Under the pieces are notes generated by a model that saw only the letters and a program-made list of their open reading frames with translations, did not search any database and had not been told where the DNA came from. 64,000 nt of DNA from Saccostrea cucullata (lineage: Eukaryota). The stretch spans positions 62,001-126,000 of the forward strand of contig NW_026928083.1 of assembly GCF_032062105.1 (NCBI RefSeq), given 5' to 3'. Positions 39,501 through 51,000 of the stretch are shown here, one piece after another; position 1 is the stretch's first letter, and each line of letters begins with the position of its first letter. A program made the translations under genes and the position numbers.

Positions 39501-42500
39501 TAAAAGAAGGATATGGAAATAACGAATATTATTCAATCTCAACGTCCATTTAACAAATATACAAAATAAGAGCAGAGCAAACACGGACCTCCGAAACATC
39601 ACAGGTGGGATCAGGTGCCATGGAGGAGTGAGCATCCCCTGCCGACCGGTCACACCCGCCGTGCGCTCGTTGTCATAATCAGGAAATAACGGAAAAAAAT
39701 CCGTGGTCAATTCAATGTATAAATAATGGACTAACAATTGGTATGAAAAACGTCAGTCAGCATTTCATTCAATGATAAATTGTATTTGCTGACAAGGTCA
39801 TTGTATCGACCATAGAATTTACGAAATGATGACTTTAAACGAGACTGTTGATATTCTTGTTTCATCAACTTGCTTGTCAATAATTTACCTCGTTTAAGAA
39901 ATTGTTCATACATAGAGCATGCTCTTGCGTATCGAATCAATTGAGATATAAATACTCCGTATGCAGGTGATGAAGATATATTGCTGCATAAGTAAGGGAA
40001 GTTGACGATAGAGAAGTTAAAGTCATCACGTTTATCATATAGCTTGGTTGTTAGATTACCATTAGTGTCTTTTTCAAGTAAAATATCCAAGTATGAAGCA
40101 GAAGTTTCGGACTCTGTGGTATCTTTTATCTCAAGCTCACCAGGATATATCGTATCGACGTAGGAATGGAAATTATCATTATTAATTGACAATACGTCGT
40201 CGATATATCTTAATGTCGAGTTGAAGGCCACAGCAAGTGTTTTTCTTCTTTTCACGTAAAAGATTTTGCATAAATTCTGCTTCATATGAATATAAAAATA
40301 AGTGTGCCAATAACGGAGCGCAATTTGTTCCCACGGGAATTCCAATAGATTGTTGGAATACCTGGTCTCCAAAAACCACATAGATATTGTCAATCAGAAA
40401 CTCAAGCATCTTCTTAATGTCATCTTCAGAGTACTTATGTGTGCAATCAGAATCTGTTTTAACAAAATAATTTTTCAAATGACCAATGACGAGGTAATTA
40501 AACTTACGAGTTCCATTTTTGTTGAAGAAGCAGCTGTCAATGATATCAAAAAGCCTGGATTTTAATTTGTCGTGGGGAATTGTTGTGTATAAAGTTGAAA
40601 AGTCATAAGTTTTTATACTGTTGATTTTTGTAAAGTCCTGTGATTTCAAATCGTCCAAAAGTTCTTTAGAATTTTTAAGTATCCACATCTGATTCACACC
40701 ACTTCTTGAATATATAGTTGTACAGTACTCTTGAAGTTTTTCCTTCACTCATGTCAATATTTTAGTGAGAAGTAACGAAAGAGGCTTGGTTGAACATTTA
40801 CTGGAACCTGCAATGTATCTTTGTTTGTAAGGATTCTTATGAAGTTTCGGAATCCAATATATATAAGGTAGTTCAAATTCATTTTGGCTCTGTGGAATAT
40901 TAAAAGTATTCAAAACTGACAGGTGATTTTGAAGAATTTCTTCCTTAGAAAGAGAAGAATATGTATAAGTAGGATTACCACTTGTAGAATTAAATCCAAG
41001 TTCTTCTAGAATGCAATTTATATAATGAGCCTTACAAACGAAGACAATGTTGTTACCTGCTTTGTCGGCAGGAACCAGTACGTACTGATCGTGTAATCTA
41101 TCAAATTCTTTTTTCACTTCTGGTTTATTGAACACAGAAGGATAGATGGTTTTCATTTTGCCCCTCAATCTTTTAATACGTGACTTTAACATGGATCTGA
41201 AACATTTAATCCATTCTGACAAGGTGTCAATGTCTTCTTTTTTATATCTAGCCCATCGTCTGGCGTAATTTTCAACAGAATCCATAATATTTATGAAATT
41301 CCGACGCAAGTTGAAGGATCGGGGTTCCCTATATTTAGGACCTTTTAAAATAAGTGATCTAAGGTCCTCATTACGAACTATTTTTACGTCACCTGTAATA
41401 ACGTGTCCAGCAGGACTATAGTTATAGGGCGAAGAAGAACATGAACACGAAAGGGGATTATTTTTCAGATAGTCAATATCCAGGCCATGTAAAGTGTTTT
41501 TGTAATTGAAAAGTTTGGAAGCAATGGTCGATGTATATTTGTAGGAAATACAAGGCGTAGTCTTTAACTTGAAATATGGTGGAATACAAGACTGGACCCT
41601 TTTGTGATTAAGAATATTACTTATATTATCTGCGTCAATTCCTTTATTGGCATATTGAAGTTTAAGGAAAAGACGGATTGTTTGAGCTGCATTTTCTTCC
41701 GTGAAACGTGGGGGTTTAAAAAGCCTGTGATGTGCAATATCCATAATCACAGAACCGAGACTACATTCAGGTGTCGAGGAATCTAAATTTGGATGTTCCT
41801 TGGTCTTTTCAAGAAGACTATTTAATAGTTTCAAGGCACAGAGTAAAGTTTGGTTCGAATATGATGTAGACCTAACTGTTGATTTACATAAGGTAGTAAT
41901 GAATCAAAAGAGACGTCGTGTATTGCAGGTTTATTGTATGAACAATGTCCATGACTACGCTTACGTCTCTGAGTATTGTTAAAAAGTCCAATCACATTTA
42001 CATTATTACACTGCGGGCTTGTGAGATTTCCAACACTATCAACATTGTCATTACACCCATAGGGAAAGGCTGTCCCTAGTTTCCTAATCCAGAATTCTTC
42101 ACGTTGTCTACGGAAAGGTGTACTCAACGACGGACTATTTGTGTGGTGATAAATCTTTTCCAGAATTCTAACTTTCATTGATAAAATAGAATGATCAGGT
42201 GAATTAAAATGTTTATATAAAAGCTGCTGACCACCATGATTTATTTGAAATCGATGACCTAATATTCTTTTGTTAAGCGATCCCTTGGTTTCACCGACAC
42301 AAATAAGTCCACACAGATTACATTCTATTCCATAAACAACATTAGAAGATTTGCAGTTCAGATTTTCCCAAGTTTTGGTATAGAAGCTCTGTCCAGTAAG
42401 ATTACTGGTGAAAAAAGTGTCAGTTATCAAAATGTCACAGGTTTTACAGTTTCGCACAGAACATTTTGAAACCAAAGACATTGGGTCGGAAAAGGAATCA

Positions 42501-43384
42501 TCCAATATATTTGTAATAGAAACTTTACACTCTTTCAATTTGGTATATGATGTATTGGTTTTATACCAAAACCGGGAATCTGAAGTCTGTACATATGACA
42601 TATGTTTAATATCCCCGAGGATTATCCGAGGGGCACCAAATGAACTCCATGAGTCTGTGTCCCTTAAAGACTCAAGGGAGTGACGCCTTTTTATACTGGG
42701 CGACGCGTCGCCTGCCAGTATCATTTCGTTATTATGTGTACTCATGCATGAATAAGTACCGAACAACAAGTATCCTCGGGAACAAATTGTCCACCAGCAG
42801 AGATACATGTTCGGTGGTTAAAAGAAGGATATGGAAATAACGAATAGTATTCAATCTCAACGTCCATTTAACAAATATACAAAATAAGAGCAGAGCAAAC
42901 ACGGACCTCCGAAACATCACAGGTGGGATCAGGTGCCATGGAGGAGTGAGCATCCCCTGCCGACCGGTCACACCCGCCGTGTGCTCGTTGTCATAATCAG
43001 GAAATAACGGAAAAAAATCCGTGGTTAATTCAGTGTATAAATAATGGACTAACAATTGGTATGAAAAACGTCAGTCAGCATTTCATTCAATGATAAATTG
43101 TATTTGCTGACAAGGTCATTGTATCGACCATAGAATTTACGAAATGATGACTTTAAACGAGACTGTTGATATTCTTGTTTCATCAACTTGCTTGTCAATA
43201 ATTTACCTCGTTTAAGAAATTGTTCATACGTAGAGCATGCTCTTGCGTATCGAATCAATTGAGATATAAATACTCCGTATGCAGGTGATGAAGGTATATT
43301 GCTGCATAAGTAAGGGAAGTTGACGATAGAGAAGTTAAAGTCATCACGTTTATCAAATAGCTTGGTTGTTAGATTACCATTAGT
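39501..43384 (-). mobile_element. Naiad-type Penelope-like retroelement (N-terminal GIY-YIG, CxC linker, C-terminal RT) with a 566-bp pseudo-LTR
   Basis: Direct repeats 39501-40066 and 42819-43384 (about 7 differences counted by eye). ORF pieces carry CSVRNCKTC, VVYGIEC..CVGET, HFNSPDH, REEFWI, SCSCS, PADKA, YWIPKLHK, YDFSTLYT, GIPVGTN and RYIDDV. Confidence 0.92.
39731..42808 (-). pseudogene. Naiad EN-RT ORF with frameshifts (~41833, ~40240) and an in-frame TGA at 40751-40749
   Basis: Four ORF-track pieces join into one GIY-YIG + RT polyprotein. Confidence 0.88.
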
Positions 43385-44635
43385 CAAACCTTTCGCTTTC
43401 CTCAATGATGTGTATAGTATACACACGTACACCACTGTAGGTCTAAAGATTGCACTGATGGTCAATAAAAACGGAAATATTCAATCATCATTAAAATTAA
43501 ATCGATAGCATACATCACTGACCAATACGATAACAATACCCCTCACTCAATACTGTAAATACATAATACACTTGTGTTATTACGAGATTCTACGATGGCT
43601 TGCAATCAAACCTCCTACTGTTGAGGGATTTGAACTAAGTTATGTTTTAGGAACTAGCTGGGAAGGATTTGGGAATACTCTTGTATTTCACTATTTGTAT
43701 AGGTAACGACCATTTGATTCGGGAGGGGGGTGGCAGACATTAGAGATTAATATGTCTTTGAAAATGTTGAAAAAAAAATACTCTGTCCACGATCTGATAT
43801 ATCAACACCCAAATCAGCTAGTGAAGAACAACAGAAAACATTCTGTTTTCTGTTTTATTAGGACAAAAGAGATTGAATAGAGGTATTCTATAGATATCAA
43901 AACCCCAACAGGCGGCCTGAAGTCAATTTAGAGGAAATAGAGAAACCAGAATATATTATTTATCACCATCAAGAATCGGCGGAGCTTAATCTTATTTTAA
44001 TTCTTTGGTGTTCAAAAGTGACGGTCCTGTTGTTACATCAATCATGAGAGACACTGCAAAATACACGCTGAAAATAACAAGAAAGTCCTTCACGAGATTG
44101 CTGTTGCGTACCCACGTCTTGTTGATGTTTTCTTTTAAACTAAAAGGAATTTCAAGGGCGTAGCATTAGCCTTTCTTTAAATAAGTATGCGCCCTGTCAG
44201 ATGTTTTTTAAGAATTTGACTCTCTTTTTCCGTATTTTTTGAGATGTTATCAATGTAAAATAGGGCAGTGAGAATGAACTTTTACCTAAATATTCCCTCC
44301 CTTTACGCAATAAAAGAATAGGGTTGGTCCAAAAGTAATACCACAACTTCGATAAAATTGCTACCAGTTGACATAAATAACAAAATTATAACTCATGAAA
44401 GCTTTATCTATATCATATCAAATCTGAAATTGTCAACGCAGTACAGTTAAGACAACATTTTCTATAAAAGGACACGGAATCCGATGTTTTTAAAGTTGGA
44501 CAGTTTTATTTTTAAGCAAGACACTCAAGTTAAAATAGTTTTATGTTATCTTGAAGATTATGTCCTTGGCTTTTCACATCGATATTTTTTGACATCATGT
44601 GACCCTCTAAAGTCACGTAGGCTCAAATTTTAGGT

Positions 44636-45230
44636 AAAACAGGAGGCTCAGTGGCCACATTGCTCTACTGAGCAATCGGCTAGGGTATAGCACATATCAG
44701 ATCAGAACAAAATGTTTACTGTGGCTTGGGGGCATGAATTTTTACCCCCAACCCCCACCCCCGGGGGAATCATGATTTGAAGAAACTAGAATTTACACTA
44801 CCTGAGGATAATTCCAAATAAATATCATTTAGCATGGCTTTGAAATACTTGAAAAGAAGATTTTAAAAGGTTTCCTTATATATTATTATGTTAATTTTTG
44901 ATCGGCCATTTTGGCACCATCTAACCCCAAGGGGTCATGATTTGAACAAACTTGAATCTAAACTACCTGACGATAATTCCATAGGAGTTTCATCTTTCCT
45001 GTCTCAATGGTTCTTGAAAAGAAGATGTTTAAAGATATTTCCTATTAATTTCTTTGTAAAACTTTGATCAGCCATTTTGGCCAGCCTGGGTAATGATTTT
45101 AACAAACTTGAGTTTACACTACCTGAGAACAATTCCGCATGAGTTTCATCTTTCCTGGACCAGTGGTTCTTGAGAAAAAGATTTTTTAAAAATGCCATTG
45201 ATTTTTCTCTAATTCATATTTATCTCCGCT
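44636..45230 (-). repeat. Degenerate HINE/satellite remnant related to 20671-22297
   Basis: AAACAGGAGGCTCAGTGGCCACATTGCTC end; TCATGATTTGAA..TACACTACCTG..GGTTCTTGA monomers. Confidence 0.7.
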
Positions 45231-45234
45231 TGTT

Positions 45235-45640
45235 TTTTTTAGGTTACCTGAGTAAACTCAGGTGACCTATTGCTATCCGTTTTCGTCCGTCGTCGTCCGT
45301 CGTGCGTCGTGCGTCGTGTGTTAACATTTGAACATTTTCAGCTTCTTCTCTGAAACCACTAAACCAATTTTGACCATAATTGGCACAAAGCATGTATGGG
45401 TGAAGGGGAACAAAAATTGTGAATTTCATGATCCCTGCCCCCCTGGGGCCTGAGGGGTGGGGCCAAAACCACTAAAATTAATGCAATCTTTAAAATTTTT
45501 CTTCTTTACTCCTGGACATCAAGCAGTCAATCTGTTTGCTTGATTGTAATCAGCATTGAGTCCTCTACCAAAATTGTGAAATTCATGGCCCTGGGGTCAG
45601 GGGTTCTAGTGCTAGGGCGGGGCTAAATAAGTTGGTAGTG

Positions 45641-45674
<34 letters not shown>

Positions 45675-46020
45675 GCTCCTGGGTATTAAATAAACCAACT
45701 AAGTACATAGTTATGATGAGCAAGAGTGCCTCTACCAAAATTGTGAATTTTATGGCCCCGGGGTCAAGGGTTCTGGTGTTAGGGCGGGGCTCTATTGATT
45801 ATATAGTGAAAATACATTATTTCTTTGAAAATCTTCTTCTCTGCTCCTGGGTATTAAATAAACTAACTAAGTACATAGTTATGATGAGCAAGAGTGCCTC
45901 TACCAAAATTGTGAATTTTATGGCCCCAGGGTCAAGGGTTCTTGTTTTAGGGTGGGGCTCTAATGATTATATAGTGAAATGCATGAATTCTTTGAACGTA
46001 CACCTTATCCTTTGCTCCTG
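45235..46020 (+). mobile_element. Second HINE family, truncated, with ~3 copies of a 168-bp monomer
   Basis: TAGGTTACCTGAG..CTCAGGTGACCTA hairpin, (CGT/CGTGC)n microsatellite, CTCTACCAAAATTGTGAA at ~45563, 45730 and 45898. Confidence 0.8.
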
Positions 46021-47289
46021 GTTAATATGCTAATGATCTAATTACACATTCAAAGGCCAGGATTTATTTTATTTTCAGTTTTATTAACCCTCCGCTCAAG
46101 GTTTAGAATTTTCAGAAAAAAACAATATTTTCTTTCCGATGTCAAATTTGAGTCGGGATCGAGATTTCGAATTTACAAAGTCGCACTTCCGGTTTTAAGA
46201 TGAAACGGCGGGTAAATAATGCTAGATGTATCTGAGAAGATAGCTTGGTTAAGTGTAAAATTCATCGATTCGAGTGCCATTCAAAACGTTTCACCCGTTC
46301 AAAGGACAAATAAAATGCTGACGACTTTGTTGCACAATGACATGCTGGTGAGATAATTATGTGTTAGTTTTAAAAGTATCTGTCTGTAAATTATTTTCCT
46401 CCCCCAGGTTTTAAACTGCCAGTGGTAGTTATTGCATATTGTCAGCGACATTGTTTAGATCTCTGTTATAGCTTACAGTCTAAGCATCATTCTTCAGAAA
46501 AGGGTTGCTTATGCATCAGATGTAATGAATAAAACTATGGGAGAAGTTTAGTCCATTTGAGGAAGAAATAAACAATAGCCTGAAGAAATATAGAAAAAGT
46601 TCAACTATTAAAAGGCAAAAATATACAAATATATACAGGCATGAAGTATCATTTGTATTAATCTCAGCGAGATGTCATAGGGACTAAAATATTTGGTCGG
46701 ACGTCCACTACGACATCTCAGACAGGTGCCATACAAATTGATTAGGGATTTTTTGCTCAGATTTCGGCCGCTTGTTTCAATCAATATGGGCTGAAATGAA
46801 TTATCTGCTCGCTTCAACTTTTTCCTTTGAACATCCCTTTAAGTCTCTAGCACAATAAAACTTTCCTTTCTTACCTTAAAAATGTTTAAATCCAACAAAA
46901 TATAAAGTTGTTTATTTTTCCTATGTAATGTCCTATTCATTTCAGAGTAGGAACTTTTTCGGTTTTTTTATGGTCAGCGGTCTATTCCTAGTCCATGATC
47001 CTTTCAAATACTAATTTCCAAAGATTAAAGCATGATTTTGTTGATGAGGTAGAAAAAGGTTGAGATAATGTCGTTGAAAATACTCCTTGAAAATTTACTA
47101 CTTACTTTATTATTTCAATATACATGTACATTTAGATGATATTTTTCTTCTCAAACCTTTAAATTATCACTATTTTACAATATACGATCATAAAAATGCT
47201 AATTTGGATAAATCTATATTTTAAAAACTCTAAAATACATCTTTAGAAAAAAATATTTTCTAACTAATACAAAAGGGCGATTTAGTAAT

Positions 47290-47900
47290 TGTTCTGTCTT
47301 GGGCACAGAAAGTTTCAACCAGTTCATTCAACAATTGACTTTTATTGAATAAATCAGGTAAAAAGCTACAATAAAAACAGGGCATATTCAAAATGGTTGT
47401 TTTCTATTGACAAACTCTTAGTTCAACTTAAATATGTAAAATGATATTGACACAAATGGCGTTCCATAATGATAAATCTTGACAAAATCGCGGGAATAGG
47501 AAAACACTTAATGTAAATAAATTCCTTACAAAATTAACATTTATGATATATACAAATATAAGATCTGACAAGAAGAACAAGAACTACAGAGTTAAATCCT
47601 ATAAAAATAAACCAAAAATTGCGCTGATGAAAGTAACATGTTGACAACATAACCGACCGTAAATTATCCGTATGCAATTTTCTGACTATAAAAACTTGCT
47701 GTAATAACACTCATTTTACTTAAACAACATAATAATATCAATAAATGGTAAATAAATGGTAAATACATACATTGTTGTGGCATACAAGTTTCAAAACGGA
47801 AAGTTCCAAGTGTGGCGCTTACACATGTTTACTTATAACAAAGGGAGGTAATTCTATTTTATACATATGGAACGCAATACCTGTAATGAAATCCACCACA
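47290..47900 (-). repeat. 3' LTR of BEL/Pao element
   Basis: Near-identical to 54157-54765; adjacent PPT at 47901-47910. Confidence 0.95.
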
Positions 47901-48047
47901 CTCCCCACCTGATATTGAAAATATCACTAATATATAAAACATGAATTAAAAAATTCACAAGTTTCTACTTGACATAAAGTAATAATCAAACAAATTACTG
48001 CAATACATATCATGTCAACAATTTTGTTTGTCCAGAAAAGTTTAGTC

Positions 48048-51000
48048 TCAGTCCTCATGAATCAAAAGAACCAGTTCTGATATTGGCCTTGTGTATGTCA
48101 TGGATTTGTCGTCCTTGACTATTTTCACCTCCACTTTACGCACTTTGTCGTCAGCACTTTTGATTGCGTTAGTAATGATTCCAAGCGGCCACTCACACCT
48201 TGCAGTGCTTGAGTCTTTCACAAGAACAATGTCTCCTACACAGAGATCAGGTAAGGTTTTTTGCCATTTACGCCTAACTTGAAGTGTTTGTAGGTATTCC
48301 TTTTTCCAGCGGTCCAAGAAAATATTAGCAAGATGTTGGACACAGCGCCACTGGGATTTATACATATCCTTGATGCTGAATGGTCCAAAATCTGTCGGAA
48401 TGTTGTAAGTCTTCCGAGTCAGCAACATGTTTGGGCTGAGAATCATAGGGGCTTCTGGGTCTGACAACACTGGGACGATTGGCCTGGAATTGACGATGGC
48501 ACATACTTCGGCCATAAGGGTCGTCAATACTTCATGAGTAAGATGTTTTGAATGTAAGTCCATGAGCATTGAGTCGAGTATCCTACGAGCAATCCCAATC
48601 ATCCGCTCCCACACTCCACCCATGTGGGAGGAATGTGGGGGATTGAAGATCCAAGTCACTTCTGGTCTGATAGAAATTCCTGAACTGGCTTGTCTTCAAC
48701 GCTTATGGCATTGACGTCTAGGTCATCAATCGCTCCAACGAAATTAGATCCACGATCAGATCGGATTTCTTTTACATTTCCTCTGAGAGAAATAAATCTT
48801 CTTAAGCAGTTGATGAAAGAAGAGGATGAAAGTTCTTCGATCACTTCTATATGAATGGCTCTAGTGTATAAGCAAGTGAAAAGTACAGCCCATCGCTTGC
48901 TGTTCGACACTCCACCTCTTGTTTTGCGAGTCGCAATTGTCCATGGCCCAAAGGTATCTAACCCAATATAAGTGAAAGGAGGGCAGGGTTGAATTCGGTC
49001 TGCTGGTAAGTCAGACATCAGTTGACTCTGGTATTTTCCACGTAGTCGACGGCACTTTACGCACTTGTGTAGCAGTGAGGATATTAAGCGCTTCGCTCCA
49101 ATAATCCAGAATCCTGCTGATTGCAGTGCCCCAGCTGTGAAATGTCTCCCTTGATGCTTTACCATTTCGTGAAAATGGCGTATTAGTAGGACAGCTGCGT
49201 AATGATTCTTTGGAATGATAAGTGGATGTCTCTCGTTGATACTAAGGTATCCTCTCTTCAATCTACCTCCTACACGTAACAAACCGTTTTTATCAATAAC
49301 TGGATTCAAAGAGATGAGGCTACTACTCCTTGGCAATGACCTATGTGATTGCAAGCACACAATCTCCTGCGCGAAAACCTGTCGCTGGACCATGCGTATA
49401 ATGAGGTCTTCCGATGAAAACAAGTTGTTTGAGGCTGCAAGATCCTTTGGAGAGTGATAACTCCTAGATAGTGTTCTCAATCTGTCTATGGATCTCACTA
49501 ATACTTTCCAAGTAGAGAATCTCTCAAGCCTATGAGTTATGCGAAATGCCTCAAGTTGATCCCCTTTGTCGTTGAAAGTTGTTTTAAGAGTTTCAACGTC
49601 TTTAGTCTTGCGAATTTCAACGTCATTCTCAGGATCACAGAGATGATATTCTGTATTGAGATTGTCTTCAATCGGTTCTCTGAGTTGAGGAGGTCCTAAG
49701 ATCCACCTGTCGTTGATAATGTCCTCAGCAGTCATATTTCTCGTACCAGAATACGCTGGGTTATGTTTAGTTGAAATATACTGCCATTGGTCAGGTGTTG
49801 TTGATTTTCTGATTCGGTCGACTCGGTTTTCTACGTACTTATAGAATCGTCTGCTTTGGTTATGTATATAACCCAGGACAACGAGACTGTCGGTATAAAA
49901 GCGAACAGAGTTAACGTTCATGTCAAGTTCTTCATTGATGATATCATATATCTGGACCGACATCACAGCCGCACAGAGTTCCAAACGTGGAACAGAATGT
50001 CCTTTCATTGGTGCAAGCTTACACTTTCCCAAAACGAATCCCACATGAACGTTGTTTGACACATCGACTGTACGTAAGTACGCCACTGAAGCTATGGCTG
50101 TTTCCGAGGCGTCTGAGAAAATATGGAGCTCTATGGACAAGGTCCCTTGTAGAGAGACTGGTGCATATGTTCTTGGGATATGCACATCTTCTAGGAGTTT
50201 TAAGGAGTCTTTCCAATTAGACCATCTGTCCAATAGATGAGGAGGTAAGGGGTCGTCCCAATTGTGTGAACCTCTTAATGAATCTCTCATCAAGACTTTT
50301 CCAGAGACTACGACTGGCACAACGAATCCAATGGGGTCAAATATCCCGTTAATTGTCGACAATAGTCCTCGCTTACTGAAAGGCCTTTCTCCCACTGATA
50401 AACGGTATGTGAATGAGTCAGATTTCAGCTCCCAGTTCAATCCTAAGCTTCTTAACGTAGGAAGTTCATCAACACTTAAGTCAATATCACTGAAGTCCTT
50501 TGCCCTGTCCTCAGGTGGAAATGCATCCATAACATGCTTGTCGTTTGATGCTACCTTATGTAAACGCAGATTACCACCCGCCTTAGGGGCAGCTTGTGTT
50601 CGTTCAAGCAAGTCGATTGCCTTATCAGCAGTTGGGAGAGAAATCAACCCGTCATCGACATAGAAGTTTAGACATACAAAGTCTGTCACATCAGGTCCAA
50701 AGGTATCCTCATTGGCACAGGCAGCCTTCCGGAGGCAATACACAGCAACGGCTGGTGAAGGTGAATTACCGAAAACGTGAACTCGCATTCGGAACTCTAT
50801 CAACTGGTTGTTTATGTCATTGTCTTTGTACCAGAAAAAGCGGAGGAAGTTCCTGTGTCTCTCGTCAACTAAAAAACAGTGAAACATAGACTCAATGTCT
50901 GCTGTTACAGCTACAGGTTCTCTCCGGAATCGCAAGAGTACACCGAGAAGTTCGTTGTTTAAATCTGGACCAGAAAGAAGTACGTCGTTAAGGGAAATGT

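Noticed and set aside
39501-43384. LTR retrotransposon (direct repeats)
   Set aside because: The repeats include RT coding sequence, lack TG..CA/PBS/PPT and there is no integrase; they are Penelope pseudo-LTRs.
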